Origin: a candidate division WWE3 bacterium
GTDB taxonomy: Bacteria > Patescibacteriota > WWE3 > UBA101185 > UBA10185
Direction: 5' to 3'
Length of the DNA stretch: 38,614 nucleotides
NCBI GenBank assembly: GCA_016182565.1
Contig: JACPGI010000008.1
Coordinates: 1-38,614 of the forward strand
This document shows, one piece after another, positions 27,644-37,156 of this stretch (positions within the stretch are counted from its first letter, which is position 1; each line of letters begins with the position of its first letter). The notes beneath the pieces are model-generated. The model made no database searches and was not told where the DNA came from. It was given only the letters and a program-made list of their open reading frames with translations. The translations under genes and the position numbers were made by a program.

Positions 27644-28909
27644 CTATAAATTAAATTTATCTTTTAATACCTTTGCTACAAACTCATGACCAAGCTTATT
27701 CCAGTGAGCATCTATTTTAAAATAGTATTTACGCCAATTTCCCGTCGCAAGAAAATTGTCAGTCAAATCTGTTATTTGATCTTTATCAAAGCCTGCGTTG
27801 GTTATCAGTTCAGTAAAAGTAGATGCTGGAAGTTTTGGATCTATAGCTGTACCTACATATGGGGATTTATAACTCCCCTCACTTATCAAAAGGTTTAATC
27901 TTGATGGGATGATAATAAAATAAAACCTTGTATTATATTTTTTAGATAATTCATAAGCTTCTTTTAAATAGCTCTCAATGTTTGCATAAACTTGATCACG
28001 ATCAGGAAGAAAGGTTGTATTAATTTTTGTATCACTTGTGTATTTGTTTGTGGCTAAATTTTTATCATATAGAAGTATTTCTTTGGTTGCATAACAATTT
28101 TTAAAAACTCTGATACTATTCTCTTCGGCTGCAAATTTTGTGATATTTGCTTTTGTTATAAAAAACTTAGCAACGTAAGATTTTTGGGTCAACGGCAAAA
28201 TGACCTTCTCGGTGAACTTTCTTAAAAGCTTTTCGGATGTAGAGTCACCGGAAAGATAGGCCCTGTCCCCAGGACAACCTGTAGACCACTCTCCAGGCAT
28301 CATCGTCACAACATGCGATGGGTAAAATCCCCAAATAACAACTTTGGGTTTTACAAGCTCTAAGTTTCTTTTAAGGGAGGTAAGCTGAATATCAAAGGTA
28401 TTACCCCACATACCTGCATTATATGCATTTAAAAGTGCGGGAAAACTTTCGCTATCTTTAACTCCAAAACCAAATGTAAATGAATCTCCGGTAGCTAGAA
28501 TGTCTTTTGGATTTGTACTTGGACCATTCGACCTGAACCCATTTTTATCGATGTGGTAGGTGTATCGCCACTCTGGGTTACAATGATCAACTTCATCAAG
28601 TGGCTCATAAAAAGCTGCCAGTTGAGAATAGCCACGAGAATTACTAAATTTATTCGCATTAAAACCTGCACAATGGATTTGTGCTTTATTAACCTTTGTA
28701 AGATCTATGACTTTAAAAATATATTCAATAAAAAATAAGGTTATAAAAAGCGAAAAAACAAGAAGAGCAATTTTTGTAAAAAAGTATAATTTGGGGGATT
28801 TTATTAGAAAATTTTTTGCAACTTTTGGCGGCTGGGTATTGGCCTTAGGTTCTAGACTTTCTATAGCTGGTTGATTTTCTTGGGGATCATCTGAAATTAA
28901 CGGGTTCAT
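27644..28909 (-). CDS. membrane-anchored SGNH/AlgX-AlgJ-like protein
   Basis: TM; IDKNGFR, GDSFTFG, NAG, DAHWNKLGH. Confidence 0.8.
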   Translation of the reverse strand: MNPLISDDPQENQPAIESLEPKANTQPPKVAKNFLIKSPKLYFFTKIALLVFSLFITLFFIEYIFKVIDLTKVNKAQIHCAGFNANKFSNSRGYSQLAAFYEPLDEVDHCNPEWRYTYHIDKNGFRSNGPSTNPKDILATGDSFTFGFGVKDSESFPALLNAYNAGMWGNTFDIQLTSLKRNLELVKPKVVIWGFYPSHVVTMMPGEWSTGCPGDRAYLSGDSTSEKLLRKFTEKVILPLTQKSYVAKFFITKANITKFAAEENSIRVFKNCYATKEILLYDKNLATNKYTSDTKINTTFLPDRDQVYANIESYLKEAYELSKKYNTRFYFIIIPSRLNLLISEGSYKSPYVGTAIDPKLPASTFTELITNAGFDKDQITDLTDNFLATGNWRKYYFKIDAHWNKLGHEFVAKVLKDKFNL

Positions 28910-28937
28910 TATAAAATTGTACAGGAAAATAAGTAGA

Positions 28938-29948
28938 TTAAATTTCTTGGTTTATATACAGCCCTATAATAAATCTATCTATTTTCTCCAACATTATTAG
29001 AAATTCCTGCATGATATTAATTTTTTTAACTTCATCAAGCTCTATTTCAGTGTAACTCCCAAGCACCCTATCACCGTCTTCAAAAAATATTAGTTGACCT
29101 CTTGTGCTCTGTGCGCCCATAACCCCACCATTAATACGAAGTTGTTTTTGTTGGTTATCTTCTGACTCTGAAATTTTCTCAGGTAACACTAGATACGAAA
29201 CCGAAGCAAAATCTTTTAATACATCGGTACCTCTACTATCATTTGCCAAAACCATAGATGACGGTAAGAAACTAACCTTAACTATTCCTGGAGTTTTACC
29301 CTTAAAATACACTGTACCAAATAGACCCCCGTCACTAGAAAAGCCCGGGTTTGGCAAGCCACCGGTCAAACGTGCATATCCGATCTCATTGTTTATTTCT
29401 TTTTGAATAAAAATATTTGCGAAGGAATCAGCTGTTGAAATGTCCACAACCTCAAGCTTTGCCGGATCAAAACTAATGTCAGTTTGTACTGTGTTAATAG
29501 GAGTTTGCACATTTGAAATCTCTACTTTCATTGGGAAAATTTCGCCAAGTCTATATTGACCCTTTGGTGGTATAACAATTGAAACAGTTTTGGGGGTAGG
29601 TGGGATTCCAAGTTTAAAAAATAACTGGCTTTCAAGAAATACCACCCCAGCAGAAATAAAAGTAAAAATCAAAATAATAACACCATTTAAAATAGCAGAT
29701 TTTATGCTTGCAGGAGCAGCAAAATTATTTTTGTTAACACTTCTTTTGCATAAAGAGCACCAGTCTCCATCCCTTTTACCTCGACATGAAAAACATACTG
29801 TTGCGTTTGGTAAAAGCAACCACCAAATAGGGTATGTTATAGCAAAAAAAATACCTAAAATTGCAAGGAAGTGTAAAAGTACCCAGGATAAAATTAAAAT
29901 TAGGACAACTCCAAAGATCAGTCTTACATTTATTGTTTTAGTATTCAT
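28938..29948 (-). CDS. membrane protein with a cohesin-like domain
   Basis: TMs flanking CxxC-N8-CxxC; GEIFPMKVEI...INTVQTDISFDPAKLEVVDI...FGTVYFKGK...VLANDSRGTDVL. Confidence 0.75.
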   Translation of the reverse strand: MNTKTINVRLIFGVVLILILSWVLLHFLAILGIFFAITYPIWWLLLPNATVCFSCRGKRDGDWCSLCKRSVNKNNFAAPASIKSAILNGVIILIFTFISAGVVFLESQLFFKLGIPPTPKTVSIVIPPKGQYRLGEIFPMKVEISNVQTPINTVQTDISFDPAKLEVVDISTADSFANIFIQKEINNEIGYARLTGGLPNPGFSSDGGLFGTVYFKGKTPGIVKVSFLPSSMVLANDSRGTDVLKDFASVSYLVLPEKISESEDNQQKQLRINGGVMGAQSTRGQLIFFEDGDRVLGSYTEIELDEVKKINIMQEFLIMLEKIDRFIIGLYINQEI

Positions 29949-29988
29949 ATCAAAACCCTACAGATTATATAACACACCCTATTTAATC

Positions 29989-30648
29989 CTACAGATAATA
30001 AAGCATTACTGAAAAATCTACTATGCTACATGTACTGTCTTTATTTACATCACATAAACTACTTATTTCATTATTTCCACTAAGTTCGGTTATATCTTGG
30101 ATGTCTTTTGCAATTCTATCTCGCCAATCATTCACCCAAGCTCGTATCAAATCTGGGACTTCTCCAGTTTCTATTGTACCGCTCCTGTCAATATCAAAAG
30201 TACTAAGAAGTGCAATTGGAAATGCACGGACTATAGTTTCGAAGGACAGCTTAGAAGAATCATTCGTACCTGTTTGATCAGACGTTGAGTCTGTGATTTC
30301 GTTATTACTCTCGCTACTGCTACTGCTGTCACTATTGTCCCCATCTCCAGAATCCGCAGAAGTATTAAAACACGCAGTTGTTACAACAGAACAACTAATA
30401 TCACAAGATAAGGAACCGGAATTAAAACCGTAATCATTACAAGTAAGGCTGCCAAAATCTCCAATATCACAATCCTCCGGATTTTCTTTTACACTGTCCC
30501 CACAGACATTTATTTTTATAGTCGCATTTACAGTATGAGTACCTTCAGCAAATACTTTTAGGTTTAATAAGGAAGTAAAGTCCCTTACAAAAAAGAGGGA
30601 TAATCCCGATATAACGAGAAAAAACGTTTTTAATTCTATTTTGCTCAT
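29989..30648 (-). CDS. exported protein with a Cys-rich repeat, Ser-rich linker and dockerin/EF-hand-like C-terminus
   Basis: Signal peptide (VFA-E); CGDSVKENPEDCD; DIDRSGTIETGE and DVNKDSTCSIVDFSVML Ca-loop motifs. Confidence 0.75.
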   Translation of the reverse strand: MSKIELKTFFLVISGLSLFFVRDFTSLLNLKVFAEGTHTVNATIKINVCGDSVKENPEDCDIGDFGSLTCNDYGFNSGSLSCDISCSVVTTACFNTSADSGDGDNSDSSSSSESNNEITDSTSDQTGTNDSSKLSFETIVRAFPIALLSTFDIDRSGTIETGEVPDLIRAWVNDWRDRIAKDIQDITELSGNNEISSLCDVNKDSTCSIVDFSVMLYYL

Positions 30649-31274
30649 TCCTGTGAATCAGTTTTCTTTTCCGGCTTCTTAATATTTATTTGAATATTAA
30701 AAAATTTCTTAAATAATATTAAAGCCAAAACGATACCTGCCAAAACTGCAAACCTAGAGGACCAAGGTTGATAAATTTTCCAATAACTTATAGCCCTGTA
30801 ATACATGCCCTCAATGATATTTGCCGGCTCTACTGTAAAATATAGTTTAGCAGCTGCAGCAACCCCAATACTTGTATTTCCATTTTCAGCTTTTTTGGTA
30901 GGATGCGCTTCCAAATATGCAAAATAATCCCCCGGAATGGTCTTTAAAGGAAGATTTAATTTAACTGTCACCGTACTTCCGGCATTTGGTTCCAGTGAGA
31001 ATCTTTGGGGCTCAAATATAAACCAAGCTTCAGGTGGCATAAGCTGGGATTGCTTTTCATGGTAAGCTACTGCAACTTCATAATCGGAAACTTCATCACC
31101 TGTATTTAATACATTTAGCGGAGGCAGCTCATATATTATTCCGGGCTTTAGTTTCTCATCTATCTGTATTTTTCCTGTACCAATACCTACCCCTATACGA
31201 GCTAGTGCGGTTTTAGTCGGCACAAATAAAACTCCAATAAGAAACAATATTACTAGAACATTCAGTTTACTCAT
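30645..31274 (-). CDS. exported Ig-fold protein (PapD / DUF916-like) with a C-terminal TM anchor
   Basis: Signal peptide (ALA-R); LKPG...VLNTGD...WFIFEPQRFSLEP...VKLNLP...PGDYFAYL; C-terminal TM plus a basic tail. Confidence 0.7.
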   Translation of the reverse strand: MSKLNVLVILFLIGVLFVPTKTALARIGVGIGTGKIQIDEKLKPGIIYELPPLNVLNTGDEVSDYEVAVAYHEKQSQLMPPEAWFIFEPQRFSLEPNAGSTVTVKLNLPLKTIPGDYFAYLEAHPTKKAENGNTSIGVAAAAKLYFTVEPANIIEGMYYRAISYWKIYQPWSSRFAVLAGIVLALILFKKFFNIQINIKKPEKKTDSQE

Positions 31275-31328
31275 TGTTATATGATATCTGCGAATTAAAC
31301 TAAATGCAATAAAGGCTATATAATTTTA

Positions 31329-31835
31329 TTATGGGGCTACGGCTTGCACAATTACATCAACAGATTGTTGTGTATAAGTAGCAGTAGATGATGGTGTTGT
31401 TATTTGTAAATCAAATGTTTTGGTCCCGGATGCAGCAATACTTGTGCCAAGTGTTTGGTAACTGGTTGTTAAAGCAGTGTAATTTGTAGGGGGAGTAGTA
31501 CAGGAAGCGGTACAAAATTTATGCACATATTGCTCTGAACCGGCCGAACCTGCAAGCGTCCATGCGGCAGTGTTTTGGCCTTTAATATTAAAATCCTCTG
31601 TTATATTTCCGTTGTTTGTTGCAGTTTGAAGATCGTTTAAATCTGCTGGTGTTGTACTCTTTGAAGAACTAGAGCTTAAAGTACCATAGGCTATTGTGCC
31701 ATCACTTACTGATACAGAAATATTTTGTAATGTTACTGTAGCTGCTACAGTTGCAGTACTAGCTGCATTCGCTTTAAATAAAAAAGCAAATAATATAAAA
31801 CACGGTATTAATGTAATGTAGGCAAGTTTTTTCAT
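31329..31835 (-). CDS. small exported Thr-rich beta protein (candidate major filament subunit, WxL/TasA-like)
   Basis: Signal peptide (ANA-A); strongly similar to the C-terminal domain of 31934..34102; own promoter TTGACA-17-TAATCT (31846-31874). Confidence 0.75.
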   Translation of the reverse strand: MKKLAYITLIPCFILFAFLFKANAASTATVAATVTLQNISVSVSDGTIAYGTLSSSSSKSTTPADLNDLQTATNNGNITEDFNIKGQNTAAWTLAGSAGSEQYVHKFCTASCTTPPTNYTALTTSYQTLGTSIAASGTKTFDLQITTPSSTATYTQQSVDVIVQAVAP

Positions 31836-31933
31836 ATCTTACGTAAGATTAAATAGAAAATCTGGTTCTGTCAATCCTAAAAAATATTTCTAACTATATA
31901 CTCTGTTCTAAGTAACAAAATAAACTAATAATT

Positions 31934-34102
31934 CTAATTAGCAACAGCTTGAACAACAATGTCTACAGATTGCTGAGAGTAACTTGACGTTGCAGTTGGG
32001 GATCTAAGCCTTAAATCAAACTTTTGAGTCCCACTCACAGCTAGTGCAGTTACAAGCGTTTGATAGTTAGTCGTTAATGCAGTCCAAGTTGGGCTTGCAT
32101 CACATGGGTCGGGAGAACCACCACCCGTTTTACAAAAATCATGTGAATAAATATCACTTCCGGGATTTCCCCCAAGTGTCCAGTTGGCACTGTTTTGCCC
32201 TTTTATATTCAAGTCTGAGATTATATCTCCGTTGTTTGTTGCAGTCTGGGTGTCATTAAGACCAGTGGATGTCGTATCTACACTACCATTGGCTGCAACA
32301 GTTCCAAATGTCACCACACCATCACTTATGCTAACTGAAGCTATTGGGGAAACCCTTACTTTACTTGAGGTTTGAGAATTGCTATCTAAGGTTGAGCTCA
32401 TATAGCTGTTAGCATTGCCGGTCGGGACAGAGGAATCAGTTGTTATTGTATACATATATCCTTCGGTTTCACCTGCTTGTAAATTTACGTTTCCAGCACC
32501 TGTATTTGTAATACGAACATCGTTTGTAGCATTAAAAGCAAGTGTACAAGAAGTACTACCATTATCTGAGCTTGGGTCATAAAAACCACAGCTTCCTAGT
32601 GTTGGACTGGTACCGGCCCATTGTGCTTTCACCGCAACATTATCAACAAAATCTGAGGCTCCATTCATCTTTGCAGTAGTTCCCCCATTATTTTTTAGCA
32701 GTACATCTACTCGGTATTGAGTACTCGCGTTAATCCCAGCCCCACTTAAACAATTGATTGTGTTTGCGTTTGTATCGGTAAGTGTTCCGGAACAGGCTAA
32801 AGTCCCTGTACCCCAAGTCAGGGTTCCGGATTGATATATATTGTAATATGCACCATCCGTGATCCAAGTTAAATCTATAGCGGATAGGTCCACGATTGTG
32901 TCTCCAAAAAGACCATCATTGGTAGCATTTTGATAATAAACACCGTAAAGCTTGGTTGAGGTATTTTTATTCATATAAATGTATCTTAGGTCGTTTCCGG
33001 TTGTATTAAACTGAGTTTCAGTTCCCCATGTAGACATCCCATTAATAGACTTTTTGTAAAATGCGTTACAACTTGACCCTGCAGTTCCCTTCAAATATGC
33101 AACATAAATATCCCCACTTAAGGCATCTGTAGCGATATCCAAAGCTATAATTGTATTTGCATCAGTTAATACATCGGTCTTTAATGCCCAAGACCCACCA
33201 CTGTATGTGGCCGTTCTTATGTCTGCAGTGCCAGCGCCAGCAACACTCGCCCCATATGCCAAATAAACTGCGTTTGTAGTTTTATCTACTGCCGCCACTA
33301 CTGTTTCCATATATGTGGCGCTCTCCACTGCTGTTGTGTCTATGTTTGTCCAAGAAGCATCCCAAGTTGTTGTACCTACTGTATATTTTTTTGACTGAAT
33401 ATCATCAGCTGATATATCGTCCCTTATTAGAAGCATGTCACCGCTTGCAAGCGGTTGAATGGTTATAGGATCATTTGCCACGTCAATTGGTGAGGTACCG
33501 GGTGCCACCCAGTTTCCGGCAGTTGTACAGGTACCGGTGCATCTTTTGATGGTACATGATGCTGCAAGTGCCCCATTACAAAAACCAATATAAAAATTTC
33601 CGTTTGTCCCTTTGGATATTGATAAATTATCTGCATTTGTAAAAGAATTTCCGGAAGATGTGTCCATGGCAACTTCACTACCGTTGCTGTCACCACTGGT
33701 ATCAAAGGTGTCATACCAAACATCATCATTTCCGGTGTCTACCATTGCTATATGAACTTTTGTTCCTGCATCTCCCGGAGTCCATTGATCATACCAAACA
33801 GTGTAAAGCGCTATATCTGCTTGAGCGGTTGTCGCTACTGCAGCTCCCCAAGACCCACCCCCATCAGTGGTTTTGCTATAACTTAGAACACCCGTTGAAT
33901 CAACATAAAACATATACCCAGTATTTGCATTTATAAAGACTAGGTTGGATTTGAGCTTCTGTACACCCGTAGTAGTGGTGATAGCGGAATCAATTGTAGC
34001 TTCCGCGGCATAAGTTATTTTTGAGGTATAAAAAGAAAGTAGCATTATAAACAAAAAAAGTAGCGAGTATGATTTCACATTAAATTTAAATAGTTTATAC
34101 AT
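31934..34102 (-). CDS. large exported adhesin-like protein: Asp-box beta-propeller plus a C-terminal subunit-like domain
   Basis: Signal peptide (TYA-A); SKTTDGGGSWG and KKSINGMSTWG Asp-boxes; last ~135 aa are paralogous to 31329..31835. Confidence 0.8.
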   Translation of the reverse strand: MYKLFKFNVKSYSLLFLFIMLLSFYTSKITYAAEATIDSAITTTTGVQKLKSNLVFINANTGYMFYVDSTGVLSYSKTTDGGGSWGAAVATTAQADIALYTVWYDQWTPGDAGTKVHIAMVDTGNDDVWYDTFDTSGDSNGSEVAMDTSSGNSFTNADNLSISKGTNGNFYIGFCNGALAASCTIKRCTGTCTTAGNWVAPGTSPIDVANDPITIQPLASGDMLLIRDDISADDIQSKKYTVGTTTWDASWTNIDTTAVESATYMETVVAAVDKTTNAVYLAYGASVAGAGTADIRTATYSGGSWALKTDVLTDANTIIALDIATDALSGDIYVAYLKGTAGSSCNAFYKKSINGMSTWGTETQFNTTGNDLRYIYMNKNTSTKLYGVYYQNATNDGLFGDTIVDLSAIDLTWITDGAYYNIYQSGTLTWGTGTLACSGTLTDTNANTINCLSGAGINASTQYRVDVLLKNNGGTTAKMNGASDFVDNVAVKAQWAGTSPTLGSCGFYDPSSDNGSTSCTLAFNATNDVRITNTGAGNVNLQAGETEGYMYTITTDSSVPTGNANSYMSSTLDSNSQTSSKVRVSPIASVSISDGVVTFGTVAANGSVDTTSTGLNDTQTATNNGDIISDLNIKGQNSANWTLGGNPGSDIYSHDFCKTGGGSPDPCDASPTWTALTTNYQTLVTALAVSGTQKFDLRLRSPTATSSYSQQSVDIVVQAVAN

Positions 34103-34104
34103 AT

Positions 34105-34761
34105 TTAATCCTCTAAAACCTTGGTGTCAACCAAGTCCAAAATACTATATTTTTTTGATACATCGTTTTTCTTAAACAACTTGTTTGAAATAAACTTGAT
34201 TTTTAAATCTTCGGGGTGCTTATCACAACTATTATCCTTATGTATGCATTGAAAAATTACAATTTGGCTATCTTTTAGTACATTAAAATCATAAGTTCCA
34301 TCGGAGGTAATAGTAAAATTAACTGTTTGGTCACAATCTAGGTGTAGTACATGTTTTTTAACTTCATCAAAAGTCTCACTGCATTTTTCTGGCAATACAA
34401 CTACTTCCAGCGGCAATTCGTTTTCTTGAAACTCTTCTGAAAAATTCTTGACCCTTATTGTTACGGTTTTATTTTTATTTATTTCTATGAATGTATCCGA
34501 AAGTTCATCTATCAAGTCGAGAGCTTCTTGTTTACCTTTTGTATTTTGATCCGAGTTAATAGCCACCTCGTTTTCATCTTTTGAGGGAGTTGGACTTAAT
34601 ACATACTCTGCTGTTGGTATGAACTCCACTTGGCTCGCTGTTGGAGTAAGTTGTTCATCGGCACTAGCTAGTCTAATATTTACTAATAAAACACAAATAG
34701 TTAATAAGAAAAGTAGAGTGTAGTTTTGGCGCATAATTCTTGAAAATTTCATAGACAACAA
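34105..34761 (-). CDS. hypothetical exported protein
   Basis: Signal peptide (ASA-D), Pro/Thr linker, four Cys; ends 2 nt before the adhesin start. Start uncertain. Confidence 0.65.
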   Translation of the reverse strand: MLSMKFSRIMRQNYTLLFLLTICVLLVNIRLASADEQLTPTASQVEFIPTAEYVLSPTPSKDENEVAINSDQNTKGKQEALDLIDELSDTFIEINKNKTVTIRVKNFSEEFQENELPLEVVVLPEKCSETFDEVKKHVLHLDCDQTVNFTITSDGTYDFNVLKDSQIVIFQCIHKDNSCDKHPEDLKIKFISNKLFKKNDVSKKYSILDLVDTKVLED

Positions 34762-34812
34762 TAAGTATAATCTATTCTACTATTGGACTAAATGCTGTGT
34801 CTGGTCTAACAC

Positions 34813-35526
34813 TTATTTAAATGTATGGGTCTTTAGATAAGATTGGGTAAGTTTGTAAAAACCAACCATCAGTAGGAAACTTTCAACAACCTGAAGTCCA
34901 GCTATACCCGGGGATGTAATTACAGACATATACCAAAGTTGTGGTGGATATGGGTACACTTGTCTATAGATATAGAAGCATGAGGTAGCAATCAGAAATA
35001 CTACACCATTAGCAATCCACCAAACCCCACGCCTCGTAGTAAAATCCGTGTTTGATGTTTGTAAATAAAGTTGCCTTACTTCATACAAAAGTAGACATTG
35101 GGCGGGAATATAAAAAAGTACATGGCTAAACCATATCGGGGCATACACATCACTAACAAAGAAACTTATCATAAAATAAGTGATGGCAAGACCTAACCAA
35201 ACAAAAAACATCCAATTTGTGGTAAGTCTAGGTTGCCTTGGCGGACTCAAGAGACGAATACCTTTAATAAGCGAAAAAAAAGCTAGAAACCAAGCAAGCA
35301 AAGTAATACAAAAAAACACATAAAAATCCTGTTGCACTATCTTCATGTTGCCGTTTGCTAGCATATTGGGAATTTTAAACAAAAGCTGTGTACCCAAACC
35401 GTATGAGAAATAAAGAAGGAAACTATGTTTTCTTCCAGTTGTAAACCAACTCACCGCAAAATATGTACCACTAACAATGGAGAAAAATAAAGCTGCCAGC
35501 GAAAGATAAAAAATAGAGTTGTACAT
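34813..35526 (-). CDS. 7-TM hypothetical membrane protein
   Basis: Seven hydrophobic segments and no soluble output domain. Confidence 0.7.
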   Translation of the reverse strand: MYNSIFYLSLAALFFSIVSGTYFAVSWFTTGRKHSFLLYFSYGLGTQLLFKIPNMLANGNMKIVQQDFYVFFCITLLAWFLAFFSLIKGIRLLSPPRQPRLTTNWMFFVWLGLAITYFMISFFVSDVYAPIWFSHVLFYIPAQCLLLYEVRQLYLQTSNTDFTTRRGVWWIANGVVFLIATSCFYIYRQVYPYPPQLWYMSVITSPGIAGLQVVESFLLMVGFYKLTQSYLKTHTFK

Positions 35527-35610
35527 TTAAATACAATAAATCAAACTAAATATTAATAATCAACTATCCAAAAAGTATAAACTATTTCTAATTCAAGTAT
35601 ATAGAAAAAG

Positions 35611-35928
35611 TCAAAGCTTCTCGTCCTCGTAGGCATCGATTCCGTCTATGTGTCTTCCAAGCTTTTTTGCTTTTCTTAAAGCTCTGCTATTTTTGAACTT
35701 TTTTACCTTCTCAACTATCTTTACGGTATCGTCCCACTTGAATATGATTACCTTGTGCCATGGGTTGTTTTTGTTTATAACAAGTTTAAGACCTAAAAGT
35801 TGTAAACCAATAAGAGCCACCCACCAACCCGGAAGTACGGGAACAATCATGCCAACAACTCCAAAAGTAATAAGCGTTATACCTGCAAAGTTCTTTAAGA
35901 AAGTTTTTTGCGGGGTTTGTAAATGCAT
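35611..35928 (-). CDS. small membrane protein (PGPGW/DUF454-like hairpin)
   Basis: GITLITFGVVGMIVPVLPGWWVALIGLQLL; TATAAT 6 nt upstream. Confidence 0.65.
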   Translation of the reverse strand: MHLQTPQKTFLKNFAGITLITFGVVGMIVPVLPGWWVALIGLQLLGLKLVINKNNPWHKVIIFKWDDTVKIVEKVKKFKNSRALRKAKKLGRHIDGIDAYEDEKL

Positions 35929-35982
35929 TGTGCAATTATACAGAAAAATGGGGTGATTTATTGATAATTAATTTATGGGATA

Positions 35983-37113
35983 CTAATTAACTATAATTTG
36001 CAGTGTTTTGGAAGCGGTCTCCACCCAAGAAAATCTTGCGACATTGTTAAACCCATCATTAATTCTTTTTTCTCTAGCACCTTCAGGCTCAGTGAAAAGT
36101 TTTAGTATCCCTTGTTTTATTGAATTCTGATCATGTGGATCTACAAAGATAAAATTTCCCAGATCAATTTCCCTGTAAGCTGGAATATTAGAAACTACAC
36201 AAGGTACCCCACAAGACATAGCCTCAAGCAAAGGAAGCCCAAACCCCTCTTCAAAAGAAAGATTTACAAAGCCGTATGCTCCACTTGCCAGTGCTGGTAG
36301 ATCCGATGTTGGGGCCGGACCTAAAAATACTACTTTATCTTCCACACCGTATTTGTGGGGTGAATTAACAGATTCGTCATAAAGCCATGCTAATTTACCT
36401 GATAAGACTAGTTTAGGTTGTACTGATAATTCTTTTAGTGCTTTCGCAAAGCCCCCCACCATGTTTGGCACATTTTTTCTTGGTTGGATGCTTGATATAA
36501 AAAACAAATAATCACTATCCCCTAAATTATATTTGGCTCTTATATCTTTTATCTCTTCTTTTGATCTAGGTGTAAATATGGGGTTAATCCCCTCTGGGAC
36601 AACAAAAAGCTTTTTTGGGTTTATAAAATAAAATCTTTGCAAAATTGCATTTCTTGTTGCAGTAGACGGCACAATTATTTTTGAGGCAAAAAAAGCAGTA
36701 AACCAGATAGGTAGCGCCTGGAAATATCTTTTCCATGTTTTGGAAATTGGTGAAAAACTGTATTCAAGACCATGAATCATCGCAATTGTTTTTAACCAAG
36801 GAATTGCAAGAACAGGTATGGTGTGAACAGCTGTGAAAAATACGTCCGGTTTATCTTTCCAAAGGGTAAGGAGAAGATCAAGTTGTGTCCAAGAAGTTCT
36901 TTTTTTTACAATCTTTATTTCAAAATTGGGATTACCCAAAGTTAAATCTTCAAATTTGCCAAATCTTGGGAATTCGTCTGATAAATAAATTACATAACGA
37001 TTTGTGTTATCAATTTTTGCTAAAGTTTTCACAAGATTTTCAGTGTAAACGTATGGTCCTGTTGGGCTGAAAGTTGTTGTCAAAAGAATCTGGCCATTTA
37101 TTGCTATCTTCAT
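35983..37113 (-). CDS. glycosyltransferase family 4 (GT-B, MtfB-like)
   Basis: MKIAIN, PRKN and EEGFGLPLLEAMSCGVP motifs. Confidence 0.93.
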   Translation of the reverse strand: MKIAINGQILLTTTFSPTGPYVYTENLVKTLAKIDNTNRYVIYLSDEFPRFGKFEDLTLGNPNFEIKIVKKRTSWTQLDLLLTLWKDKPDVFFTAVHTIPVLAIPWLKTIAMIHGLEYSFSPISKTWKRYFQALPIWFTAFFASKIIVPSTATRNAILQRFYFINPKKLFVVPEGINPIFTPRSKEEIKDIRAKYNLGDSDYLFFISSIQPRKNVPNMVGGFAKALKELSVQPKLVLSGKLAWLYDESVNSPHKYGVEDKVVFLGPAPTSDLPALASGAYGFVNLSFEEGFGLPLLEAMSCGVPCVVSNIPAYREIDLGNFIFVDPHDQNSIKQGILKLFTEPEGAREKRINDGFNNVARFSWVETASKTLQIIVN

Positions 37114-37156
37114 AAGAAGATCATACTAGAGCCAAGAAAAAAAGTATAATAAGGGT

